A program made the position numbers and the translations under genes. Positions 1 to 10,022 of a stretch of 33,809 nt of DNA are shown in pieces. Source of the DNA: an uncultured Clostridia bacterium (GTDB lineage Bacteria; Bacillota; Clostridia; TANB77; CAG-508); assembly GCA_944390505.1 (NCBI GenBank), contig CALXQF010000001.1, forward strand, positions 1 through 33,809, read 5' to 3'. Numbering within the stretch: the stretch's first letter is position 1; each line of letters opens with the position of its first letter. The notes below the pieces were generated by a model, which did not search any database, was not told where the DNA came from, and saw nothing but the letters and a program-made list of their open reading frames with translations.

Positions 1-535
1 TAATTACATAGCAAGGCTTTGCATCACCAGAAACATATTTTAAGTCATCTAGTTTATATTTATTAATAATTTCGCCCATTGCTTCATAACCAAACTCATT
101 TTTATACATATATAAAATTATATCAAACTTATCTTGTGCCGTTAATAGTGATGGAATATCAAAAGGAATTGCTTTTGATACATTCGTTTCATTTACTCCA
201 TATTCACGATATAGTAAGTCATAGATTAATTCTTTGACATACTTTTTATCATTAACGTCACCATATGTACACCCTTTTAATGCTTTCTTCAATTCATATT
301 TCTTTTGCTTTCTTCTTTTTAATTCTTCCTCTGAAAGTCCAATATCATATAAATTGATTTTGGTAATTTCATCTAGTCTTTTCTTTACAAATGCTGTCAT
401 CATTTCTAATGTATAGGTTTTATCATCTACTTCTACTGTTTCTTCTACTTGTTCACTTTGCCTTTTCTTAATAAAACGAAAAATAAGAAAAACAGCTACT
501 AAAAGTACCACTATGATTAAAAGTAAATTAAGCAT
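1..535 (-). CDS. Partial CDS, N-terminal part only. Putative CpaF/TadA-family pilus secretion ATPase, called mainly by position
   Basis: Not in the ORF track because it runs off the window. My translation from ATG 535 is MLNLLLIIVVLLVAVFLIFRFIKKRQSEQVEE...KPCYVI, with an AGGAG RBS (rc of 541-552). It lies directly downstream of the CpaB and TadZ-like genes. The ATPase domain is outside the window, so the family call is contextual. Confidence 0.45.
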   Translation of the reverse strand, partial: MLNLLLIIVVLLVAVFLIFRFIKKRQSEQVEETVEVDDKTYTLEMMTAFVKKRLDEITKINLYDIGLSEEELKRRKQKKYELKKALKGCTYGDVNDKKYVKELIYDLLYREYGVNETNVSKAIPFDIPSLLTAQDKFDIILYMYKNEFGYEAMGEIINKYKLDDLKYVSGDAKPCYVI

Positions 536-557
536 TTTTATACTCCTTTCTCTAGGA

Positions 558-1403
558 CTATATTTTCATTTGTAGTTCTTGTAATTTAAAAATAATATTA
601 TTATCAATTGCATTGATTTCTTTCACAAAGTTACTATTTCTATCGGTCTCGTCTGTAATATTTCTGACCTTTAAAAGAAAATCAATTACTGTTCCTTCTG
701 AACACGCTTCGAAAAATAAAGTATTATATGGCACAACAGATAACATCTTTTTTTCTTTTAAATATCTTGTTACATTTTTGTTATTATATTTCGAAAATTT
801 ATCATATCTGCCAATTGCTAACATCACATTTTTTCTTTTATAAAAATCATTTGTTTCGCGTAATTGCATAAAATCATCAATTGTTTTTAGTCTTTGTGTT
901 AAATTCATCATTACAATATCTGACATTTGTAAGATGTCTGCTACTTGTTTAGAAGGCATTTTTTTGCATAAATCTACAAAAATTAGGTCATAATATCTAT
1001 TAGCTATTTGTAAAATATCTGGATAATAGTTAGAAATTTCTACATATTCTTGATAAGATTTTGTAACTGGTGACAATAATATGTCTAATCTATCTCTTAA
1101 TACGGTTCTGGAATAATTTTTTACAATCTCATTACTTGTTTTGTTACTGTTTAATACTTTTATTAACCCTTCTATTCCAGAATCTAATCCTACACTTTTC
1201 TTTCTTTCATTTGAGAGAGCTCCAGCTGGTCTTGTTTTGTTATGTTCCCAAAAACAATCCTCTAAACTCAAGTCATTAAAGTTAGTAGAAACTACTAAAA
1301 TCTTGTAGTTATGTTCAATTCCCATGAATGCTGCTACTGCTACTAATGATAAAGTTTGTCCTGTTTCTTTTGTCTCATTGCTACAAAATGTAATAATAGC
1401 CAT
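558..1403 (-). CDS. ParA/MinD-fold protein, TadZ/CpaE-like, with a degenerate P-loop
   Basis: 281 aa with a strong RBS (GGAG upstream of 1403). The N-terminus IITFCSNETKETGQTLSLV sits where a deviant Walker A (KGGxGKT) would be. It has the beta-alpha pattern of MinD/ParA and is tightly packed in an operon with CpaB. Confidence 0.5.
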   Translation of the reverse strand: MAIITFCSNETKETGQTLSLVAVAAFMGIEHNYKILVVSTNFNDLSLEDCFWEHNKTRPAGALSNERKKSVGLDSGIEGLIKVLNSNKTSNEIVKNYSRTVLRDRLDILLSPVTKSYQEYVEISNYYPDILQIANRYYDLIFVDLCKKMPSKQVADILQMSDIVMMNLTQRLKTIDDFMQLRETNDFYKRKNVMLAIGRYDKFSKYNNKNVTRYLKEKKMLSVVPYNTLFFEACSEGTVIDFLLKVRNITDETDRNSNFVKEINAIDNNIIFKLQELQMKI

Positions 1404-1406
1404 TGT

Positions 1407-2108
1407 TTATACTCCTTTTTCTAATTGTTTGAATACTTTTCGTAAGTTAGCTTCCTCTTTTGGGTCTGCTAATAATTCTTCCGCAACATATAGTAAGCTT
1501 TCTTTATATAACTCTGTCAACTTTCTTAGTTTTACCTTTGCTACTCTTTGATTTTCCATAATAGTAGTTTGGTCTCCCTGTTCAAATGGAAAATATATTT
1601 TTTCTTCATCCCATATTACTTTGCACCCCAAAGAAACATAATCTAAGTATTCATCTTCTTCTTGTGTAATATCTTTAGAAAACAAAATTTTTTTTAAAGG
1701 CATTGGCTCTTTAATGCCAGAAAGAATTTCTAGACCTCTTTTAATGGAATAGACATCAAATCCTGTTACAAAATAGTTTCTGGTATCTGTTTTGACATTA
1801 AAGCTTTCTAAAGTTTCTGGAGCATCAATATCTAAAAACATATAATCATAATCAAAAGCAGCATTTTGTGGCATTCCTAAATAATCTTTAATTGATGTAT
1901 AATTATAAAAACCAACTGCTATATCAATCCCTTCAAATTCCGTTACATATGATTTTTCAGGAGAAATGGAAGGTACAATATATTTTGCTTTTTGTAGTGT
2001 TGTTGAATCTATCATGAGAACTTTCTTATCCATACCCACTAGAATTCTAGCAATGTATATCATTAAATCTGTTTTGTCATAAGCTCCTATAAATCCTACT
2101 GTTTTCAT
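1407..2108 (-). CDS. ParA/MinD-fold-like protein lacking a Walker A motif, a Tad-locus accessory protein
   Basis: 233 aa with RBS GGGAAGG. The N-terminus VGFIGAYDKTDLMIYIARIL occupies the P-loop position without GKT/S. There is a 3-nt gap to the next gene. Confidence 0.4.
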   Translation of the reverse strand: MKTVGFIGAYDKTDLMIYIARILVGMDKKVLMIDSTTLQKAKYIVPSISPEKSYVTEFEGIDIAVGFYNYTSIKDYLGMPQNAAFDYDYMFLDIDAPETLESFNVKTDTRNYFVTGFDVYSIKRGLEILSGIKEPMPLKKILFSKDITQEEDEYLDYVSLGCKVIWDEEKIYFPFEQGDQTTIMENQRVAKVKLRKLTELYKESLLYVAEELLADPKEEANLRKVFKQLEKGV

Positions 2109-2176
2109 ATGTACCTTCCCTTCTCTATTATTTATCTCTATTTTAATATTGTATTTTCTTTTTAGACGAGTTAATT

Positions 2177-3133
2177 CTAATAACTTCCGCCTAAAGACTC
2201 TAAATAGGTTTGTCTTTCTTCTTGTGTTTTTTGAAGTTCTTCTTCTACATTGTCTATTACATTATCTGTTGCATCTTCTGCATTTTGATTTAATGCATTA
2301 TTAACTGGGTTTCTTACTGCTGTTTTATTGTTTGCATCATTATTTCTCTGGAAAATCGCCTGTTTTGCTTCATCTACACAGTTTGGATCTCTATTGATTA
2401 AATTAATAATTTCATCTGATGGTAAATAAGTAACTGTTGCTGCCTCTTGGAATCCAGGTTCTACATATTCTGACACATATAGTAAAGATCCTTGTATTTT
2501 ATAGGATTCTACAATAGCACAACTTAATGTTAATATTTGTGTTTCATCTAAGTTAAACCACATACTGTTTAAAGAATCTACTCCATTGATTGCAGGGATC
2601 TCGACTTGTTCATGTGATACTACAATTAAATCTTGTCCATCAGGTAATCTTAAACGAATATCAACATAAGATCCAGATTCTAGTTGTGTTTGAGGAATAA
2701 TCATGTTATATTCTACTTTTCTAATATCTGCAGTCATTTCTCCTTCTTCCATAATCATATCAGATGTAATAATTGTTCCTTTTTTTAAATCTATTTTAGA
2801 AACAATATTAACTTTTCTAACTAAATTTCCATTTTCATCAAATATATTGCTTTGTTCATCTAACATAACTGGTGTTAATGCATTTGATGGAATAGTTGTG
2901 CCATCTACCATTTGCGATTGTAGCAAATCTGCTGTTACTGTATCTCCTGAACTAATATCTTGTGCTAAAACATAAACTTGTTTTCTATTTGCTTCTGCCT
3001 CTTTTTGCTCATTTGTTACCCTTGTTAACTGTACTACTAAAAAAGCAATAATTGCTCCTGTAATTAGTAATGTAATAAACATTCCTAAAAGAAATGAATT
3101 TTGTGCTTTTCTTTGCATCGGATTCTTTAGCAT
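2177..3133 (-). CDS. cpaB: Flp pilus assembly protein CpaB/RcpC-like (N-terminal TM plus SAF domain)
   Basis: 318 aa with RBS AAGGAGG. One N-terminal TM helix (FLLGMFITLLITGAIIAFLVV) is followed by a SAF-like segment VYVLAQDISSGDTVTADLL, typical of CpaB. It is the first gene of the pilus-like operon. Confidence 0.65.
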   Translation of the reverse strand: MLKNPMQRKAQNSFLLGMFITLLITGAIIAFLVVQLTRVTNEQKEAEANRKQVYVLAQDISSGDTVTADLLQSQMVDGTTIPSNALTPVMLDEQSNIFDENGNLVRKVNIVSKIDLKKGTIITSDMIMEEGEMTADIRKVEYNMIIPQTQLESGSYVDIRLRLPDGQDLIVVSHEQVEIPAINGVDSLNSMWFNLDETQILTLSCAIVESYKIQGSLLYVSEYVEPGFQEAATVTYLPSDEIINLINRDPNCVDEAKQAIFQRNNDANNKTAVRNPVNNALNQNAEDATDNVIDNVEEELQKTQEERQTYLESLGGSY

Positions 3134-3221
3134 TGTTGATTCCTCCTTATAATTTTACAAAATATCATCATTTAATTAATTGTACAACATTTTTCTATTA
3201 AAAACAACAAGATTATTTCTT

Positions 3222-3263
3222 TGTAATATAAATTTAATGTATTTGTAATATATCTGTAATATA
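3222..3263. promoter_or_regulatory. Three direct TGTAATATA repeats upstream of the cpaB operon, a candidate regulator binding array
   Basis: TGTAATATA occurs at 3222-3230, 3244-3252 and 3255-3263. The start-to-start spacings are 22 and 11 bp, which are helical multiples. Confidence 0.3.
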
Positions 3264-3276
3264 TTGTGATTAGCAT

Positions 3277-3300
3277 AAAAAATGACTCCGTAAGGAGTCA
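3277..3300 (-). terminator. Rho-independent terminator of the 3314-3745 gene
   Basis: Hairpin TGACTCC-gtaa-GGAGTCA at 3283-3300, followed on the minus strand by a T-run (rc of 3277-3282). Confidence 0.6.
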
Positions 3301-3313
3301 AAGTAAGTAGAGA

Positions 3314-3745
3314 TTATCTTCTTCTACAACACCAATTGCAATTACAGTTGCTATTTTCATTGCCATTGTTATTGTTTCTACCTGTACCATTTGAACTTGC
3401 TAACAAGTTAGCCTCATTTGCCAAATTAATACTCGTACAAGGGCTTGTATTGTTGATTGTGATTGGTCTATCTTGCATATTTCTGATTGTTGAATGATTG
3501 TGATTACAAAATTCATCAATTAATCTGCAAATCAATTTTGTTAAAACAGCTGTTATATAAGCTAGAATAGTATATAAAATAGCAAACACTAAAAAACTAG
3601 CATCAAATACAGCAAAAGTTACAATTAAGAAAATAGCAAAAAATGTACCAGCTACTAATAATGGACATTTCAAAACTTTTTGTAACACAATTGCTAGTAT
3701 AATAGTAGCAATTGGAAGAGCAAAAAATATTAATAATGTATTCAT
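3314..3745 (-). CDS. Small polytopic membrane protein with an Asn-rich linker and a Cys-rich C-terminal tail
   Basis: I prefer the start at MNTLLIFF (ATG 3745) because AAGGAG lies 7 nt upstream. There are three hydrophobic helices, then NGTGRNNNNGNENSNCNCNWCCRRR at the C-terminus. Confidence 0.5.
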   Translation of the reverse strand: MNTLLIFFALPIATIILAIVLQKVLKCPLLVAGTFFAIFLIVTFAVFDASFLVFAILYTILAYITAVLTKLICRLIDEFCNHNHSTIRNMQDRPITINNTSPCTSINLANEANLLASSNGTGRNNNNGNENSNCNCNWCCRRR

Positions 3746-3850
3746 ATCGTTCTCCTTTTCTTTACATGTCATTGTTATGTTTTTGTACATTTTCTATATA
3801 CAACTTTCACACGTAATTTCTTTATCTGTTATATTTTATGTTTTCCAGCA

Positions 3851-3890
3851 AAAAATGTTACATTAGCTTTTTTGCCATTGTAACATTTTT
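3851..3890 (-). terminator. AT-rich hairpin terminator downstream of truA
   Basis: AAAAATGTTACA (3851-3862) pairs with TGTAACATTTTT (3879-3890), with a T-run on the minus strand after the stem. Confidence 0.4.
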
Positions 3891-3978
3891 ATTTCATATC
3901 AGTTAATCATCCATTATATTACAAAATGAAGGAAAATATTACGCTCTTTCTATTATTTTTGTTGTCAAGATACGTATT

Positions 3979-4716
3979 TTATTCAAAATCTACATTCATT
4001 AGATATAATCCATGTGCTGGCAACGTCTTTCCTGCTCTTTGTCTAACTTTTGCTTTTAATATTAATTCTATTTCTTTTGGTGGAATTTCTCCCATTCCAA
4101 CTTCTAGCAATGTACCACTTATAATTCTTACCATATTATATAAAAAGCCATTTCCTGTTATTTGAATAACTACTCTTTCTTGCTCCTTCATAATGTCAAT
4201 ATTATAAATTGTTCTAACACTACTTTTACTACTAGTACCACTCGACTTAAAACTACTAAAATCATGTTCTCCTACTAGATATTTTGCTCCTTGTTTCATT
4301 GCCTCAACATCTAGTGGCTGTGATACATGATATGTTAGATTTCGGTAAATAGCTGAACCATATTGAGAATTATCAATAATATAGGCATATGTTTTTTTGT
4401 GGCAATGGTAACGACTATGAAAGTTTTCCTCTACTTCTTCTGCTTTTTGAATACGAATAGACTTTTTTAATTGTGAATTAATCGCAATTGGAATTTTCTC
4501 TATTGGAAAATCAGATTCTATTTTAAAATTGGCAACTTGTCCAAAAGCATGTACACCAGCATCGGTTCTTCCAGATCCTATTAATTCTACTTTTTCTCCA
4601 ATTACTGTTTGTATTGCTTGTTCAATTTCTCCCTGTATATTTAGTCGATTAGGTTGTTTTTGCCAACCATGATATTCTCTTCCATCATATTCAATTGTTA
4701 ACTTAATATTTCTCAT
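3979..4716 (-). CDS. truA: tRNA pseudouridine(38-40) synthase TruA
   Basis: MRNIKLTIEYDGREYHGWQKQP...GSGRTDAGVHA...LYNMVR are TruA hallmarks, including the catalytic Asp in RTDAGVHA. Start moved to ATG 4716, which has a GGAAGGA RBS. The 28 upstream codons in the track ORF have no support. Confidence 0.9.
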   Translation of the reverse strand: MRNIKLTIEYDGREYHGWQKQPNRLNIQGEIEQAIQTVIGEKVELIGSGRTDAGVHAFGQVANFKIESDFPIEKIPIAINSQLKKSIRIQKAEEVEENFHSRYHCHKKTYAYIIDNSQYGSAIYRNLTYHVSQPLDVEAMKQGAKYLVGEHDFSSFKSSGTSSKSSVRTIYNIDIMKEQERVVIQITGNGFLYNMVRIISGTLLEVGMGEIPPKEIELILKAKVRQRAGKTLPAHGLYLMNVDFE

Positions 4717-4894
4717 GTCTGATTCATCCTTCCATGGTATAATATAAAAATATAGTAAGTCTATTAGAATTACTATATTTTTATATGCATTAAAGTTCAA
4801 TTTATAATTGACTAAAATTTGATTGATTCGTGTTTTTCGCTATCATTTTATTAGAGTTTGATTTATTTTGTTTTATTCATGATTGAAAATTTTT

Positions 4895-5821
4895 TTAATT
4901 GCCTGTGTCTTTTTCATTTTTCGTAATTTGTTTGTTACTCTTTAACTTGTTTAACAATTTTACTTTTTGCGTTTTCTCTTCTCCAAATCTTTTTAAAACA
5001 ACATGTTTTATTAGAATATTTTTTAGTGCTTCTTCTTTCACATCTACAATTAGCGTTCCATCTTTTGCAACTGAAATTTTACCTGTTTCTTCAGAAATAA
5101 TAATAGCAATTGCATCAGATTCTTTAGAAATACCAATCCCTGCACGATGTCTTGTTCCAATTTCTTTTGCTAAATCTTTATCATCTGCTAATGGTAAAAT
5201 GCAAGCTGCTGCTGCTATTTTATTATTGGAGATGATAACAGCACCATCATGTAATGGTGAATTTGGAGTAAATAAATTTACAATCAGTTGAGGTGAAACC
5301 TCTGCTCCTATTTTTACACCATTATCAATGATATCATTAATTTGAATATCTCTTTCTAATACAATTAACCCACCTGTTTTCGTTTTTGCTAATTCTGTTG
5401 CTGCTATTACAACTTTATAAATATCTTCCTTGGTTTTAGTTGCTAAATCCTTGTCAATTCCAAAATACTTTGTAAACTTATTAGTTCCTAGTTGTTCCAA
5501 CATTCTACGCAATTCTGGTTGAAAAATAACAATTAATGCAATGACTCCATATGGCATAAAAAATGTTAAAATAAAGTTGAGTATTTTTAGTTGCAATATT
5601 TCACTAATTCCTGTAATAATTAGAATTAGTAAAATTCCTTTTAATAATTGCCATACTCTAGAATTTCGTGCAGATACAATAAATTTATATAAAATGTAAA
5701 TAACAATAACTAAATCTAAAATTAAAGTGATTAGTTTTAGTGGATTTTCAGAAAGATCTGCCATATAACTCATAAAGGATTGCCAGATTCCATAAACACT
5801 TAATCTAAGACTTTCAAACAT
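4895..5821 (-). CDS. cdaA: Diadenylate cyclase CdaA (membrane-anchored DAC domain)
   Basis: Three N-terminal TM helices, then a DAC domain with the motifs LHDGAVII and GTRHRAG. It ends in a Lys-rich C-terminal extension. Confidence 0.85.
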   Translation of the reverse strand: MFESLRLSVYGIWQSFMSYMADLSENPLKLITLILDLVIVIYILYKFIVSARNSRVWQLLKGILLILIITGISEILQLKILNFILTFFMPYGVIALIVIFQPELRRMLEQLGTNKFTKYFGIDKDLATKTKEDIYKVVIAATELAKTKTGGLIVLERDIQINDIIDNGVKIGAEVSPQLIVNLFTPNSPLHDGAVIISNNKIAAAACILPLADDKDLAKEIGTRHRAGIGISKESDAIAIIISEETGKISVAKDGTLIVDVKEEALKNILIKHVVLKRFGEEKTQKVKLLNKLKSNKQITKNEKDTGN

Positions 5822-5862
5822 ATATTACCTCTTTTGTTCCTATTTTTTAGCATTATTTAGAG

Positions 5863-6012
5863 TTATGCTGCTATTAAATAATAGATGAGAGTAGTTGCAA
5901 CAGATAGTATCATTAAAAGTGCTAAAACCACCGCCATTACTCTAGTAGCAATTTTTCCCAAATCTCTTTTGTTTTCTTTTTTATTTTTTGTACCTTTGAT
6001 GTTTTTTGACAT
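5863..6012 (-). CDS. Small (49 aa) single-TM protein
   Basis: Below the ORF-track size cutoff. ATG 6012 is preceded by a GGAGGG RBS. Translation: MSKNIKGTKNKKENKRDLGKIATRVMAVVLALLMILSVATTLIYYLIAA, a basic N-terminus plus one TM helix. Confidence 0.5.
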   Translation of the reverse strand: MSKNIKGTKNKKENKRDLGKIATRVMAVVLALLMILSVATTLIYYLIAA

Positions 6013-6088
6013 TTTTATCCCTCCTGTTTCATTATCACATAAATTATTTATAACATAATTTCAATTTTTTTTCAATGCCTTTTTTTGG

Positions 6089-7243
6089 TTATCCAAATAA
6101 TCCTTTTTTCTTTACAGGAGGTTGTTCATTCATTGTTTTAGCAAGTTGCATTAATAAATTTCTTTGCTCAGATGTTAATTTTTTTGGAACTTGTACTTGC
6201 ACAGTAAACACAAAATCTCCTTGACCACTTCCACTTAAGCTTTTAAAACCTTTATTACGTATTACAAATTTTGTTCCTGTTTGTGTTGCATCTGGTATAC
6301 GATAAGTTTCCTCTGTTCCATCTACCATTGGTATACGAAGGTCTGCTCCTAAAGTTGCTTGTGTAAAAGTAATTGGAATATCACAAAGTACATTATTTCC
6401 TTTTCTACTATATATACTATGTCTTTTTACATGTACAGTAATATATAAGTCACCTTTAGATCCACCATTTTCGCCTGGTTCTCCTTCTTCTCTTAATACA
6501 ATGGTTTGATTATCATCTACACCAGCAGGCACTTTTACAGTTAATCTTACTTGATTGCGAACAGTACCTTTTCCTTTACAGGTTTCGCAAGGTTCTTTAA
6601 TTACTTTTCCTGTTCCTCTACAATTAGTACAAGTTCTCATTGTTTGCATTTGGCCTAGAATCGTGGTTTGCACTTGTTTAATTTGTCCTGTACCATGGCA
6701 AACACTACAGGTTTCTGGATGAGTACCTAGCTTACTGCCTTCTCCATGACAAGTTTGACAGGTTTCACGACGGTTAAGAGTTACATACCTTTCTGTTCCT
6801 AAAAAAGATTCTTCAAAACTGATTTCCAAATCATATCTTAAATCATTACCTTTTTTTGGACCATTTTGTCTGCTTCTGGAAGAACCTCCAAAACCTCCCC
6901 CAAAAAAGGAGGAAAAGATGTCTCCTAAGTCTCCAAAATCACTAAATCCATCAAAGCCTGTTGAATAGGTATAGGTTCCATTTCCAAAAGGTCCACCTGC
7001 TCCTCCAAAACCTTGAGGGCCATCTGCACCAAATTGATCATACATCTTTCTTTTTTGAGAATCGGACAAAGTTTCATATGCTTCATTTACTTCTTTAAAT
7101 TTTGCTTCTGCTTCTGCTTTATTATCTGGATTGGCATCTGGATGATATTTTTTAGCAAGTTTTCTATAAGCTTTTTTTATTTCTTCATCAGTTGCATTTT
7201 TATCCACTCCTAGAACTTCGTAATAATCTCTTTTACTTGCCAT
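6089..7243 (-). CDS. dnaJ: Molecular chaperone DnaJ (type I: J domain, G/F region, four CxxCxGxG zinc motifs)
   Basis: The start [13 protein letters not shown] (ATG 7243) has a GGGAGG RBS. HPD motif present, followed by a G/F-rich linker and [32 protein letters not shown]. Confidence 0.95.
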   Translation of the reverse strand: MASKRDYYEVLGVDKNATDEEIKKAYRKLAKKYHPDANPDNKAEAEAKFKEVNEAYETLSDSQKRKMYDQFGADGPQGFGGAGGPFGNGTYTYSTGFDGFSDFGDLGDIFSSFFGGGFGGSSRSRQNGPKKGNDLRYDLEISFEESFLGTERYVTLNRRETCQTCHGEGSKLGTHPETCSVCHGTGQIKQVQTTILGQMQTMRTCTNCRGTGKVIKEPCETCKGKGTVRNQVRLTVKVPAGVDDNQTIVLREEGEPGENGGSKGDLYITVHVKRHSIYSRKGNNVLCDIPITFTQATLGADLRIPMVDGTEETYRIPDATQTGTKFVIRNKGFKSLSGSGQGDFVFTVQVQVPKKLTSEQRNLLMQLAKTMNEQPPVKKKGLFG

Positions 7244-7271
7244 TATTTTTCCTCCCAAAGTTTTCTTTATT

Positions 7272-7340
7272 TTGTCAGTCGAGGGACGCATCTTAAAACT
7301 GACAAAATGTCAGTTACAAGAAACGTCCCCAAACTGACAG
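7272..7340. repeat. Nested-palindrome intergenic repeat, copy 1 (dnaK-dnaJ spacer)
   Basis: TGTCAG-tcga-GGGACG-catcttaaaa-CTGACAAAATGTCAG-ttacaagaaa-CGTCCCC-aaa-CTGACAG. It shares long identical segments with the copies at 15855-15947 and 32254-32350. Confidence 0.75.
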
Positions 7341-7357
7341 AACCAACAAAGTTCCTA

Positions 7358-9442
<2,085 letters not shown>

Positions 9443-9477
9443 CTTCATAAATAATATATAAAATAAAAATTAAAATC

Positions 9478-10011
9478 TTAGTTAGCTACTACTACCATAG
9501 AATGCCTAATTACCTTATTACCTATCATGTAGCCTTTTCTATATTCTTCTTTTACTTCTTTTTCTCTCAAATTTTCATCTGTTACCAAACTTACTGCTTC
9601 ATGTAATTCAGGATCAAAAGTTTTTCCTATTGCTTCTATTTCTTTGACTCCATTGGCTACTAAAACATCTTGAAATTGTTTTAAAACTAATTCTATTCCT
9701 TGTTTGTAGCCTTCATCTTCTGTCTTACTTTCTACTGCTTTTTCTAAATTATCAATCACTGGTAAGAAATTAGAAACCACATCACCTAAAATAGATTGAT
9801 ATAATTCTTCTTTTTCTTTACTGCTTCTTTTTTTATAATTATCAAATTCAGCTGCAATTCTTTTTAATCTATCTTCTGTTTCTTCTAGCTGTATTTTCAA
9901 TGTTTCATTCTGTTTTTTTAGTTCTGCCTGCTCCTCGCTTTTCATTTCGTTAGTAGTTTCTTTTTCTTGATTGATTGCATGTTTGCCTTCTCTCTTCTTT
10001 TCTTCTGCCAT
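9478..10011 (-). CDS. grpE: Nucleotide exchange factor GrpE
   Basis: Coiled-coil N-terminus, then the GrpE core (FDNYKKR...FLPVIDNLE...FDPELHEA). ATG 10011 is preferred. An alternative GTG at 10026 overlaps the hrcA stop. Confidence 0.9.
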   Translation of the reverse strand: MAEEKKREGKHAINQEKETTNEMKSEEQAELKKQNETLKIQLEETEDRLKRIAAEFDNYKKRSSKEKEELYQSILGDVVSNFLPVIDNLEKAVESKTEDEGYKQGIELVLKQFQDVLVANGVKEIEAIGKTFDPELHEAVSLVTDENLREKEVKEEYRKGYMIGNKVIRHSMVVVAN

Positions 10012-10022
10012 TTGATTTGCCC

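Noticed and set aside
7244-7291. N-terminal extension of dnaJ in the ORF track ([16 protein letters not shown]).
   Set aside because: The extension reads into the intergenic repeat element. The conserved J-domain start MASKRDYY has a strong GGGAGG RBS at the right spacing.
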